A DNA stretch of 64,000 nucleotides from positions 17,728,001 to 17,792,000 of the forward strand of contig CP068257.2 in assembly GCA_009914755.4 (NCBI GenBank), in the 5' to 3' direction. The translations under genes were made by a program, and so were the position numbers. Shown in pieces: positions 50,242 through 63,375 of the stretch. Every line of letters begins with the position of its first letter. Position 1 is the first letter of the stretch. Below the pieces are notes generated by a model. That model was not told the origin of the DNA and searched no databases. It saw nothing but the letters and a program-made list of their open reading frames with translations. The stretch is from the human T2T-CHM13v2.0 reference genome, Homo sapiens.

Positions 50242-51526
50242 CACACTATTCTGACTAAAGCTACACTTTTACTGAAAGGTGCAGATGTCTGGGAAACGTG
50301 CATCTCTCCAACACTTATGACTATTTGACATGTCTCAAGTATTTTATAAAGTGGTTTATACGTGCTTGTCTTTTCCTTTTTACAACATATCACATTCTGC
50401 ATTTCAAATATGCACATAATGAAGCAGGATCAGAAAGAGAAAGTAACTTGCCTAATGTCACATAGCTCTTTAACTGTGAAGCCAAAAGTTTATCTCAGTG
50501 TTAAGGGCTGAATTGTGTACCCCAAAGCTCATATGTTGAAATGCTAAGCTCTGGTACCTCGGAATGCAGTTGTATTAGGAGATAGTGTTTTTAAAGAGGT
50601 AATTAAGTCAAAAGGAGATCATGAGGATGGGCCCTAATCCAACGTGACTGTGGTCCTTATAAGAAAAGGAAAGTAGGACACATAGAGAAACAGAGGTTAG
50701 AGCATGTAAAGACAAAGGGAAAATACAGCCATTTGCAAGCTAACAAGAGAGACCTCAAAATAAATTAATCCCACTGATATCTTGGTCCTGCACTTCTAGC
50801 CTCCAGAATTGTGAGGAAATAAATTTATGTTATTTAAGTTCTCCAATCTCTGGAATTTTGTTATGGCAGCCCCAGCAAACTGACATACTCAGATTGGACT
50901 GACTCCAAATAAATGGCTTATAAGCAAAATTTATGGAATTTATAAGGACTTTATAAAGAAAAAGAGATATTCTATGGATTATTAATTATTTCTCCACACA
51001 TAAAAGATATTCTATATGTCAAAAATAAAACATCATTGGGTTCCAATTCTTATATCTAAGGTATAACTTTTAAGAAAAAAAATGAGTAAAATGATACCAG
51101 AAATAAAGACATTATTAACAGGATTATCTGATGATAAGATAACAGGTATTTCTTTTTATATTTAACATATTTATTCTATATGATCTAGTATGTTTTGTCA
51201 ATTAACATTTCTTTTTAAAATACTTATTAAATACTATTTTAGGTATTTCTATTAATAATTATTGAAATCTATTACAAGAAATGAATTTGCTGGATGCTGT
51301 GAGGACAAAACAGGGGAAGAACACACAGATTTCTAAAGTATAATCCTTGTAAATGCATCCACTATGACTTGCTTCTCTAAATCATGGTTTAAAACAGTTG
51401 GTTGTTTCTTTGTTATTGATTCTTTTTTTTTATTTTTATTTTTTTACTACTGATGGTAAATCATCCACTTCTATCACAGTCAATCTTTCCTATTAGGAAA
51501 ATTCCAGAACATTCCTCTTGAAGTAT

Positions 51527-51696
<170 letters not shown>

Positions 51697-52799
51697 AATT
51701 TCTTAAGATAAGGGGTGGGGATATTATTCAAGTCCTACTGCAACGCCCAGGTAAACAGGGGAATCTAATCATTTCCCTGTTGCTATTGCCTGTTGTTCTG
51801 GAGAGTTCAAGGACTGGTTGTTACTGCTACAGTGATATTCTTGCCATGCAAACTTCTGAGGCTGAGTTACCTCTTGGTTTCCCATGTTTGAACCCCAATA
51901 ATAACATGCTTATAGTTGACATGCCCAGTTATTTTGGCTCTTCCTTAGGGTCAGGAAAAGCTCCACAGGGCAATCATAAGTCATATCCAAAACAGCCGCT
52001 GTCCCTGAGATTTGGGTGCTTATTTTGAGCCAGAGTAAAGCCGAAACTCTTCCATCTCTTCTGGTGAATACTCCTTTTGGGGCATTTGACCCTATGTTCA
52101 CTGACACTCTGCCTTTCTAGAGAGGTGTTCTGAAAACCCAGAGATATGTTCCAGTGATATGTCTTTGCAATGCCAGAATACGTTTAGCATAACCTCCCAC
52201 CTTTTCCCAAAAGCATTGACATGCCTCCTCTTCAAACATACACATAAACAAAGGAGGACCATTCCAGTCTTTCTTTACGAATCACACAATAAGCACTAAA
52301 TTGCTGCTTGATTTCTACATCAGAGAGACTAGATTTTGTAAGTAATACTTTTGAATGAAAAACTCAATCTCATTTTAGATCTTTTATTCAAAGAAGATAA
52401 ATAACGGGCCTAAAGTTAACGATTGGGGTTGAATATACATTTAAGACAGCATCCCACGCTCCAGCATGTTTCTCCCACCTCCCAATCTCCCTTTTTTTAT
52501 TTTGTGTATAATCTCATGTGCTGTTTTCATTTCATTGTAATTTTCTTCATAATTAAGAATCTATGACTTATTTCCTTTCCCTATCATTTCCTTTCTCGTA
52601 ACATAGCAAAACAATGTGGCAAAATCAGTGATTTGTTACTTAAGTAATGTAATCAGTGCTCATTTAAAAAAACAAAAAAAGAATATTTTAATCATATTTT
52701 TTCTTTATGAGTCTCTACTTGTTTGCACATATTTGTAGTAGGGAAAAAAGTTGATATAGTAAACATTATTTTCCTTCCTTTTCTTTTTCTTTATTCTAG

Positions 52800-53270
52800 C
52801 AGTTGCTCATTGAATCAACTGGTATACCGAAATTCTGTCTTTTGAGCAAAGGCATAGGTCCCAGACAGTGGAGTGGGAAGAAATATGTAGAGACAGTGTC
52901 TGGGGGAAAAGGGAAGAAAAGAAGAATATTTGTGCACTCTAACAGCAGAGACAACTCATATGCTATTTCTTTGCATCTGAATGAAGTCAACAAAACTCAT
53001 GGAAAACAGACACTGTTCTCTGAGTTCTACAAAAAAACAGAGCCTGAGGCAAAGAACCCGTATGTTAACAATTATTTGGCAAGGGGCATTGCCAGAGAAG
53101 TAAGAATGAAGAGGAAAACAAACAAGAGTGCAGTAAGGAAGGAGGAAGATAAAATACAAAGTGATGTGTTGCTAAGCTTGTGACGGCTTAGCGTCAAAAC
53201 ACAACTGTCACACTTGGAGGCATCTCCCAAGAGGCTGCTTGGAATTACTGCATTTCAGAACAGTTCACAG
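52800..53270 (+). other. Candidate exon of an unannotated transcript (possibly lncRNA). It is bounded by acceptor-like and donor-like splice contexts and contains a 126-codon open frame (52803-53183) with no ATG near its start.
   Basis: A polypyrimidine tract plus AG lies immediately upstream: ttttccttccttttctttttctttattctag|CAG. A consensus donor lies downstream: ttcacag|gtaagtg at 53270/53271. The frame runs open from the acceptor to a TGA at 53181-53183. I recognise no repeat family in the interval. Confidence 0.3.
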
Positions 53271-53647
53271 TAAGTGAAAGGGAGGGGAGGAAGATTGAGC
53301 AATTAATCTGCTGTCTCTTTCCTGTCTTCTGTCTCTGTATATGTATGGGGTATAGATAACTCTCTTGACCCCCCACAGTCACTAAGTTCTGGGTTGTGTT
53401 TTCTAGCCCTTTAAAGTAGCCATTGGTGAAATTAAAGACATCACAGGCCTATTCATGCCTGTGACCTCTCCTTAGCAGGAAGTGCACAGAGAGAAGGGGA
53501 ATGTTCTTACGCAGCGGCGAAGGCAGCAGCCACCACACTCTGAGCTTTAGAACTGTGGGTACACAGTGAGCCATTGATAGAACTGACCCAGCAAGGAAGA
53601 AAGACAAATAATGGAAGAACAGAACTATGGCAATTTTGGAAGGTACC

Positions 53648-54069
53648 TGATAACAGTTCGGATATTTTTTCCCACTCAAAGCTCATGTTGAATTGTAATT
53701 CCCAGTGCTAGAGGTGGGGGTCTGGTGGAAGGTGTTTGGGTCACGGGGGCAGATCACTCATGGCTTGGTGCTGTCTTTACAATAGTGATTTCTCTCAATA
53801 TCTGATCATTTAAAAGTGTGGAACACCTTCCCCACAATTCTCTTCCTTGCTCTTGCCCTGACCATGTAACGTGCCTTTTGTTCCCACTTCACTTTCCACC
53901 ATGATTGAAAGCTCCCTGAGGCTTCACCAAAAGCTGCAGATGCCAACACCATGCTTCCTCTGAAGCCTGCAGAACTGTGAGCCAATTAAACCTCTTTTCT
54001 TTATTAGTTACTCAGTCTCAGGTATTTCTTTACAGCAATGCAAGAATGGCCTAATACAGTATCCAGTAA
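53648..54069 (+). mobile_element. Solo LTR of the THE1/MST class (ERVL-MaLR), forward orientation.
   Basis: tgataacagttcggatattttttcccactcaaagctcatgttgaattgtaattcccagtgctagaggtgggggtctggtggaaggtgtttgggtcacgggggcagatcactcatggcttggtgctgtctttacaatagtgatt… ctgcagaactgtgagccaattaaacctcttttctttattagttactcagtctcaggtatttctttacagcaatgcaagaatggcctaatacag has the same layout as the LTRs at 44028 and 46391. Confidence 0.8.
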
Positions 54070-57000
54070 AAGGTAAACTTTTCTATTCACCTGACAGTAT
54101 AAGTCTGAGTGAGAAATTATTACCTTTTTTACACTTTAAAAATTTCCTACCTACTATAGAAAAAGGTCTTATCTAGCAATGTGCAAAACAATTATAATCA
54201 AGGGCTGTTTATAAAGGTGATAATACACATCCATACATGTTTATGCTCATAAGTTTGTTACATCATTGATATTGAGACGTGAAATGGACTCTCAGGAGTC
54301 ACAGCTCAGAAACGTCAGAGAACACCGATAAGACAGAATTTCAAAGTATTATAGTCAAAACTAAACTTAACTAAAACTGTAAGTCAGTGAAAACTAAACA
54401 AAACAACCAACCTGAAGGAATAGCAGGGGAAATAAAGAGATCAATGAAAGGTTTCTTTGATGAGATTTATTTCTCTGACTTCACGGAATACTGAGGAAAG
54501 AAACTTTGTGTACAATTATCTTTAAGGACCTTGTATGAAATTCTAAATTTCTTTTAATTGCAAACAAACAAGCAATAGCAATAAAAATAATCTCTTTTTA
54601 TAGTTATAAAATGAATAGCCTGATTGATAAAAGACACTCTTGTCTCTCTACCCTTTTCAATATCTAAAATTAGAGGAAGAGTGGCAGAGATGACGTTATG
54701 GGTTTGTCTCTCAAATGAGAAAATAATCAGAGGCCACATCAACCTAGGACTCTCAGAGACTTTTCATGGTATGGCAGTTTTCAGCCACACATTAACCCAA
54801 CTCCTCTGCCATTTCTATCCTCCCAGTCGGTCTCTGCTCTGTGTGAGACCCCCAGGTATGTGGCATGACCCTTGAAGGGTCCACAAAAAGAAATGAGGTC
54901 TAGATTAATGTCCTTTGTGGAACACAAGGTGTAGAGGTAAAATTTAAGTGGAAAGAGAAAGTAAAATTATATTTTGTGTACAATTGAGTTTGTTGACTAA
55001 TATTCTCCCTCTCACTTTAAATATATACAAACTCAGAATATTGATAACTCATCACAAATATATAAACAGAATTATATCTTTAAAGTTTGCTTCATTTAGT
55101 AAACATTATCAAAATCACTAATGATGTAAAAAGTACATTTAAGTAATATATTAAAGTGTATAGATGTGCCATGTTGTACTCATTTGTACTTTTGTTAGTA
55201 GATATCTTGGTATATATAAACTGTGATCAAAGCTATGATTACTCCCTGAAGAAGCATTTTCAGAAGAACCAATTACTTAGAAAATTTTTAAAGACTCTTG
55301 GGGTATTGCAAAATTGCCCTCCAGAAAATTCATTCCAATTTACAATCACTCTATCAATTTATTAGAGGGTTTTTTGCAATCATTCACTGTTTATTGCAAC
55401 CTCTCACTGGCAGTATCAAATGTGTAGTAAGAAAAACAAGAAATAGTATTGTTATTAATTCCTATTAATTCAGTGAACATGTCTTAACATACATGTTGGT
55501 TATCTGCATTTCTTTGTTTTAAAATTCCTGCTTATAAATGTACTTTATGGCATAAAGTAGGGAATTGATTTGGCCTACCAATATCACAGTAAATTGTGTT
55601 CATTTAGAACATTAGCTTTGTGGTCAGTCTATGCTTCCTAATGTAATGTTGATTAGCTTGGTGACATGGGTTACATTATATATCATTTTTAACCTTCAGT
55701 TTTCACATCTATAAAAATAGAAATAATAATAAATGTATATCTCCTAGTATTGTTTAATCTAAATGATGTAATACCCCCAAAGTAATTAGCATGTCACTAG
55801 TACACTGTTCATGTCGAATAAAGGTAAACTGCTATAATTACAGGAAAGATAGTTGACATATCTGCTAAAGCAAAACTTGAATTCAACACAAGTGTCTCAT
55901 TCTTTCTTTAAAAAAGCCAAAAATACTAAATCAATATTTAAAAAAATAGTATTGATGTGCCAAACTAAAATATGAACAATTTTATTTTAAAATAATCTTA
56001 CAAAATATAATTAAATTAATAAACTAATTCTTTGTCATAAGAAATAAGTGGTTTTCATGATGCAGACCTATTAGATTAAGGAAGAAACTTCAATAAGCAC
56101 ATTATGTTATATCATTGATTTTTTGTTATTATTTTCTCATGCTTGTGGCCTGTTAACTGAGAAAGTGAATAGGCCATTAAAATGTTCTAGGTTTTTAAAA
56201 TATATTTAATAAACATAGAAGGAGAAGTTGCACTTATTAGGCTGTACTTCATGTAATTCACACAGCCACAAAACAAATGGTGAGTATAAAACATGTTCTA
56301 CTGATTGCGGGCAAGACAGCCAAATAAGAAAAGCTCCAGTCTCCAGCTCCCAGCGAGACCAATGCAGAAGGCAGGTGATTTCCACATTTCCAACTAAGGT
56401 ACCCAGTTCATCTCATTAGGACTGGTTAGACAGTGGGTACAGCCCACGGAAGGCAAGCAGAAGCAGGGTGGGGCATCACCTCACCCAGGAGGTACAAGGG
56501 GTCGGGGAACTCCCTCGCCTAGCCAAGGGAAGCTGTGAGGGACTGTGCCATGAGGGATGATGCTATCTGGCCCAGATACTACATTTTTCCCACGGTCTTC
56601 ACAACCACAGAACAGGAGATTCCCTCGGGTGCCTACAACACCAAGGCCCTGGATTTCAAGCACAAAACTGGGCGGCCATTTGGGCAGACACCTAACTCGG
56701 TGTCTGCAAACTGCAGGAGTTTTTGTCATACCTCAGTGGTGCCTGGAACACCAGTGAGACAGAACCATTCACTCCTCTGGAAAGGGGGCTGAAGCCAGGG
56801 AGCCGAGTGGTCTTGCTCAGCAGATCCCACCCCCATGAGGCCCAAAAAGCTAAGATCCACTGGCGTGAAATTCTCGCTGCCAGCACATCAGTCTGAAGTC
56901 AAATTGGGATGCTTGAGCTTGGTGGGAGGAGCGGTGTCCACCAATACTGAGGCTTGCAAACGCAGTTTGCCCCTTACAATGTAAACAAAGCTGCTGGGTG

Positions 57001-57639
57001 GTTCAAACTGGGTGCAGAACCCACCGCAGTGCGGCAAAGCTGCTGTAACCAGACTGCCTCTCTAGATTCCTCCTCTCTGGGCAGGGCATCTCTGAAAAAA
57101 AGGCAGCAGCCCCAGTCAGGGGCTTATAGATAAAACTCCCATGTTTCTGGGACAGAACACCTGGGGGAAGGGCTGGCTGTGGGCACAGCTTCAGCAGACT
57201 TAAATGTTCCCGCCTGTCAGCTCTGAAGAGAGCAGCAGATCTTCCAGCACAGAGCATGAGCTCTCCTAAGGGACAGACTGTCTCCTCAAGTGGGTCCCTG
57301 ACTTCGTAACTCCTGACTGGTAGACATTTAGCAGCAGGGGTTGACAGACACCTCATACAGAAGAACTCTAGCTGGCATCTGGCAGTTGGCCCTCTGGGAT
57401 GAAGCTTCCACAGCAATCTTTGCTGTTGTGTAGCCTCGGCTGGTGATATCCAGGCAAATAAGGCCTGGAGTGGATGTCCAGCAAACTCCAGCAGACCTGC
57501 AGAAGTGGGGCCTGAGTGTTAGAAGGAAAACTAAAAAACAGAAAGCGATATCATCAACATCAACAAAATGGACGCCCACACAAAAACCCCATCTGAAGGT
57601 CACCAATATCGAAGACCAAAGGTAGATAAATCCACAAAC

Positions 57640-58668
57640 ATGAGGAAAAACCAGTGCATAAAGGCTGAAAATTCCAAAAACCAGAACACCTCTTGTTTTC
57701 CAAAGGATCACAACTTGTCACCACCAAGGGAAAAAAATTGGATGGAGAATGAATTTGACAAATTGACAGAGTAGGCTTCAGAAGGTGGTAATAACAAACT
57801 CCTCTGAGCTAAAGGAGCATGTTCTAACCCAATGCAAGAAAGCTAAGAACCTTGATAAAAGGTTACAGAAACTGCAAACTAGAATAATCAGTTTAGAGAA
57901 GAATATATATGACCTGATGGAGCTGAAAAACACAGCACAGCAAGAGAACTTCGTGAAGCATACACAATTATCAATAGCTGAATTGATCAAGTGGAAGAAA
58001 GGATATCAGAGACTGAAGATCAACTTAATGAAATAAAGCATGAAGACAAGAGTAGAGAAGAAAGAATGAAAAGGAACAAACAAAGCCTCCAAGAAATATG
58101 GGACTATGTGAAAAGGCCAAACCTACGTTTGATTGCTGTACCCGAGAGTGACGGGGAGAATGGAACCAAGTTGGAAAACACACTTCAGGATATTATCCAG
58201 GAGAAATTCCTCAGCCTAGCAGGACGGGCCAACATTCAAATTCAGGAAATACAGAGAACACCACAAAGATAATCCTTGAGAAGTGCAACCCCAAGACACA
58301 TAATCATTAGATTCACCAAAGTTGAAATGAAAGAAAAAATGTTAAGGACAGCAAGAGAGAAAGGTCAAGTTACCCACAAAGGGAAGCCCATCAGATTAAC
58401 AGCAGATCTCTCTGTAGAAACTCTACAAGCCAGAAGAGAGTAGGGGCCAATATTCAACCTTCTTAAAGAAAAGAATTTTCAACCCAGAATTTCATACCCA
58501 GCCAAACTAAGCTTCCTAAGTGAAGGAGAAATAGAATCCTTCACAGACAAGCAAATGCTGAGAGATTTTGTCACCACCAGGCCTGCCTTACAAGAGTTCC
58601 TGAAGGAAGCACTAAATATGGAAAGGAAAAACTGGTACTAGGCACTGCGAAAACATACCAAAATGTAA
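57640..58668 (+). pseudogene. L1 ORF1 remnant, disrupted by stops and frameshifts.
   Basis: An ATG sits at ~57640 in the position of the ORF1 start (atgaggaaaaaccagtgcataaag…). ORF1-homologous sequence runs to the stop context …aaaatgtaaagaccattgacac at ~58663-58668. The reading frame is split across several track ORFs. Confidence 0.7.
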
Positions 58669-58735
58669 AGACCATTGACACTATGAATAAACTGTACCAA
58701 CTAATGGGCAAAATAACCAGCTAGCATCATAACAA

Positions 58736-61700
58736 CAAAATCAAATTCACACATAACAATGATAACTTTAAATGTTAACAGGCTAAATGCCCCAATTAAA
58801 AGATACAAACTGGCAAATTGGATAAAGAGTCAAGATCCATTGGTGTGCTGTATTCAGGAGACCCAACTCACATGCAAAGACACACATAGGCTCAAAATAA
58901 AGAGATGAAAGAATATTTACCAAGCACATGGAAAGAAAAAAACAGAGGTTGCAATCCTAGTCTCTGATGAAACAGACCTTAAACCAACAAAGATCAAAGA
59001 AGACAAGGGCATTATAAAATGGTAAAGCAATCCATGAAACAAGAAGAGCTAACTATCTTAAATATATATGCACCCAATATAGGAGCACCCAGATTCATAA
59101 AGCAAGTTCTTAGAGACCTACAAAGACACTTAGACTCCCACACAATGATAGTGGAAGACTTTAACACCACACTGTCCATGTTAGACAGATGAACAAGACA
59201 GAAAATTAACAATGATATTCAGGACTCTTGAACTGAGCTCTGGACCAAGCAGACCTAATAGACATCTAAAGAACTCTCCACCCAAATCAACAGAATATAC
59301 ATTCTTCTCAGCACCACACCACATAGCACTTATTCTAAAATCAACCACATAATTGGAAGCAAAACACTCCTCAGCAAATGCAAAAGAATGGAAATCATAA
59401 CAGACAGTCTCTCAGACCACAGTGCAATCAAATTAGAACTCAGGATTAAGAAACTCACTTAAAACCACACAACCACATGGAAACTGAACAACCTGTTCCT
59501 GAATCATTACTGGGTAAATAACAAAATTAAGGCATAAGTAAATAAGTGCTTTGAAACCAGTGAGAACAAAGATACAACACACCAGAATCTCTGGGACACA
59601 GATAAAGCAGTGTTTAGAGGGAAATTTCTAGTACTAAATGCCCACATGAGAAAGCAGGAAAGATCTAAAATCGACACCTTAACATCACAATTAAAAGAAC
59701 TAGAGAAGCAAGAGTAAAGAAATTCAAAAACTAGCAGAAGACAGTAAATAACTAAAATCAGAGCAGAATTAAAGGAGATAGAGACAGGAAAAACCCTTCA
59801 AAAAATCAATGAATCCAGGAGCTGGTTTTATAAAAAGATTAACAATATAGATAGACTGCTAGCCAGACTAATGAAGAAGAAAAGAAAGAAGAATCAAATG
59901 GACACAATAAAAAATGATAAATAGGATATCACCACTGATTCCACTGAAATACACACTACCATCAGATAATATTATAAACACCTCTACACAAATAAATTAG
60001 AAAATCTAGAAGAAATGGATAAATTCCTGGACACATACACCCTCCCAAGACTAAACCAGCAAGAAGTCGAATTCCTGAATGGACCAATAACAAGTTCTGA
60101 ATTTGAGGCAGTAATTAATAGCCTACCAACCAAAAAAAGCCCAGGACCAGACAGATTCACAGCTGAATTCAATCAGAGTTACAAAGAAGAGCTGATACCA
60201 TTTCTTCTGAAACTGTTCCAAACCGTAGAAGAAGAGGGATTTCTCCCTAATGCATTTTATGAGTCCAGCATCATCCTGATACGGAAAACTGGCTGAGACA
60301 CAACAAAAAAAGAAAATTTCAGGCCAATATCCCTGATGACCTTCGATGCAAAAATCCTCATTAAAATACTGGTAAACCAAATCCAGCAGCACATTAAAAA
60401 GCTTATCCACAACTATCAAGTCGGCTTCATTCCTGGGATGCAAGCCTGGTTCAACATACACAAATCAATAAACATAATCCATCACATAAACAGAACCGAT
60501 GACAAAAACCACAAGATTATCTCAATAGATACAGAAAAGTCTTTGATAAAATTCAACACCCATTCATGCTAAAAGCACTCAATAAACTAGGTATTGATGG
60601 AATGTATCTCAAAATAATATGAACCATTTATGACAAACTCACAGCCAATATCATACTGAATGAGCAAAAACCGGAAGCATTCCCTTTGAAAACCAGCACA
60701 AGACAAGGATGCTGTCTCTCACCACTCCTATTCAACATACTATTGGAAGTTTTGGCCAGGGCAATCAGGCAAGAGAAAGAAATAAAGAGTATTTAATGAA
60801 GCAGAGAGGATGTCAAATTGTTTCTGTTTGCAGATGACATGATTATACATTTAGAAAACCCCATTGTCTCAGCCCAAAATCTCAAGCTGATAAGCAACTT
60901 CAGCAAAGTCCCAGGATACAAAAGAAATGTGCAAAAATCACAAACATCCCTATACACCAATAATAGAAAAACAGAGAGCCAAATCACGAGTGAAATCCCA
61001 TTTACAATTTCTACAGAGAATAAAATACCTAAATATACAACTCACAAGGGATGTGAAGGACCTCTTCAAGAAGAACTACAAACCACTGCTCAAGGATTTA
61101 AGAGAGGAGACAAACAAATGGAAAAACATTCCATGTTCATGGTTTGGAAGAATCAATATTGTGAAAATGGCCATACTGCCCAAAGTAATTTATAGATTTA
61201 ATGCTCTTCTCATCAAGCTACCATTGACTTTCTTCACAGAATTAGAAAAAACTACTTTAAGATTCATATGGAACCAAAAAAGAGCCCATATAACCAAGAC
61301 AATCCTAAGCAAAAAGAACAAAGTTGGAGGCATCATGCCACCTGACTTCAAACTATACCACAAGGCTATGATAACCAAAACAGCATGTTACTGGTACCAA
61401 TTACAGATATATAGACCAATGGAACAGAACAGAGGCCTCAGAAATAACACCACACATCTACAACCATCTGATTTTTGACAAAACTGACATAAACAAGCAA
61501 TGAGGAAAGGATTCCTTATTTAATAAATGGTTGGGAAAACTGGCTAGCCATATGGAGAATACTGAAACTGGACCTCTTCCTTACACCTTATACAAAAATT
61601 AACTCAAGATGGATTAACAACTTAAATGTAAGACCTAAAACCATAAAAACCCTAGAAGAAAACCTAGGCAATACCATTCAGTATATAGGCATGGGCAAGG

Positions 61701-62545
61701 CTTCATGACTAAAACATCAAAAGCATTTGCAACAAAAGCCAAAATTGACAAATGGGATCTAATTAAACGAAAGAGCTTCTGCACAGCAAAAGAAATTATC
61801 AGACTGAACAGGCACCCTACAGAATGGGGGAAAATGTTTGCAATCTATGCACTTGAGAAAGCGATAATATCCAGAATCTACAAGGAACTTAAACAAATTT
61901 ACAAGAAAAAAAGAAACAACCCCATCAAAAAGTGGGCAAAGAATATGAACAGGCACTTCTCAAAAGAAGACATTTATGAGACCAACAAACATATGAAAAA
62001 AAGCTCGTCATCACTGGTCATTAGATAAATGCAAATCAAAACCACAATGAAATACCATCTCACGCCAGTTAGAATGGCTGTCATTAAAAAGTCAGGAAAC
62101 AGCAGATGCTGGAGGGCATGTGGAGAAATATGGATGCTTTTACACTATTGGCGGCAGTGTAAATTAGTTCAACCATTGTGGAAGACAGTGTGGTGATTCC
62201 TCAATAATCTAAAACCAGAAATACCATTTGACCCAGCAATCCCATTACTGGGTATATACCCACGTAGAATAAGTCATTCTACTGTAAAGACACATGCACA
62301 CATATGTTTACTGCAGCACTGTTCACAATAGCAAAGACTTGGAACCAACTGAAATGCCCATCAATGATAGACCGGATAAAGAAAATGTGGCACATATACA
62401 CCATGGAATACTATGCAGCCCTAAAAAAGAATGAGATAATGTCCTTTGCAGGGACATGGATGAAGCTGGAAGCCATCATTCTCAGCACACTAACACAGGA
62501 ACAGAAAACCAAACACCCATGTTCTCATTCATAAGTGGGAGTTGA
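58736..62545 (+). pseudogene. L1 ORF2 (endonuclease/reverse transcriptase) remnant, with multiple frame disruptions.
   Basis: ORF2 homology runs from …aacaacaaaatcaaattcacacataacaatgataactttaaatgttaacagg… through …ttctcattcataagtgggagttga (TGA at 62543-62545). It is fragmented into many short ORFs of under 190 aa. Confidence 0.75.
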
Positions 62546-63067
62546 AAAATGAGAAGACTTGGACACAGGGAGGGTAACATCACACACCAGGGCCTGTCAG
62601 GGGGTGGGGGGCAAGGGGAGGGACAGCATTAGGAGAAATACCTAATGCAGATGATGGGTTGATGAGTACAGCAAACCACCACGGCACATGTATACCTATG
62701 TAACAAACCTGCACATTCTGCACATGTATCCCAGAACTTAAAGTATAATAAAAAATAAATGTTCTACTTTAACTCACATATTGTGTAGATCTTACTTAAG
62801 ATGGTTGGAGGCAGGGTCTCCTGGTGTTGCTTTGGTGATTCAACAATGTCATCAAGGACTCAGGCCTTTCATTCTGCCTTCTGTTACCCTTGGATATTTG
62901 TCCTTCATGATGGTAGTAGGATGACTGCATTTTCAAATCTTTTGTCCTCATGAAATATTAGTGAATGCAGGAAAGAAATGGAAAATATTAAAGAGCTTTC
63001 TTTCTTTCCCTTTAAGTCTCTCTTTTACCACTAAGGATACTGTTTTCCATAATTCCTCCTATTACCC

Positions 63068-63375
63068 TTTTTTTTTTTTTTTTTTTTGAGACGGAGTCTC
63101 GCTCTGTCGCCCAGGCCGGACTGCGGACTGCAGTGGCGCAATCTCAGCTCACTGAAAGCTCCGCTTCCCGGGTTCACGCCATTCTCCTGCCTCAGCCTCC
63201 CGAGTAGCTGGGACTACAGGCGCCCGCCACCGCGCCCGGCTAATTTTTTGTATTTTTAGTAGAGACAGGGTTTCACCTTGTTAGCCAGGATGGTCTCGAT
63301 CTCCTGACCTCATGATCCACCCGCCTCGGCCTCCCAAAGTGCTGGGATTACAGGCGTGAGCCACCGCGCCCGGCC
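63068..63375 (-). mobile_element. AluYb8, reverse orientation, with a 20-nt pure T tail (A-tail on the minus strand) and a 12-bp TSD. This is a very young insertion.
   Basis: The plus strand reads t(20)gagacggagtctcgctctgtcgcccaggccggactgcggactgcagtggcgcaatctcagctcactgaaagctccgcttcccgggttcacgcc…ttgttagccaggatggtc…gtgagccaccgcgcccggcc. This is the reverse complement of Yb8, including the GCAGTCC duplication and CCGGGAAGCGGAG. TSD: cctattaccctt (63056-63067 plus a T) and cctattaccctt (63379-63390). Confidence 0.93.

Larger units (their letters stand above)
56303..62758 (+). mobile_element. Full-length (~6.46 kb) L1PA element of a mid-age subfamily, forward orientation. It has a 5'UTR, degenerate ORF1 and ORF2, a 3'UTR, a short A-rich tail, and a 10-bp TSD.
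   Basis: The 5'UTR begins …gcaagacagccaaataagaaaagctccagtctccagctcccagcgagaccaatgcagaaggcaggtgatttccacatttcc… ORF1-like translations are in track ORFs 57785-58036 and 57991-58272 (…QSLQEIWDYVKRPNLRLI.VPESDGENGTKLENTLQDIIQE…). ORF2 RT/EN-like translations are in track ORFs 60015-60296, 60818-61195, 60927-61478, 61705-62028 and 62304-62534. The 3-prime end reads …gtaacaaacctgcacattctgcacatgtatcccagaacttaaagtataataaaaaataa. TSD: atgttctact (56293-56302) and atgttctact (62759-62768). Confidence 0.92.

Noticed and set aside
57003-57711. Minus-strand ORFs of 127-137 aa antisense to the L1 5'UTR, possibly L1 ORF0.
   Set aside because: Their position resembles that of the primate L1 antisense ORF0, but I could not verify the ORF0 peptide signature from memory. 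This element is an older, mutated L1PA, so I treat them as chance open frames and mention them only under the L1 finding.
60015-62534. A series of plus-strand ORFs of 76-183 aa with reverse-transcriptase-like translations.
   Set aside because: These are fragments of the disrupted ORF2 of the full-length L1PA at 56303-62758. Frameshifts and stops break ORF2 into pieces, and none is a functional CDS.
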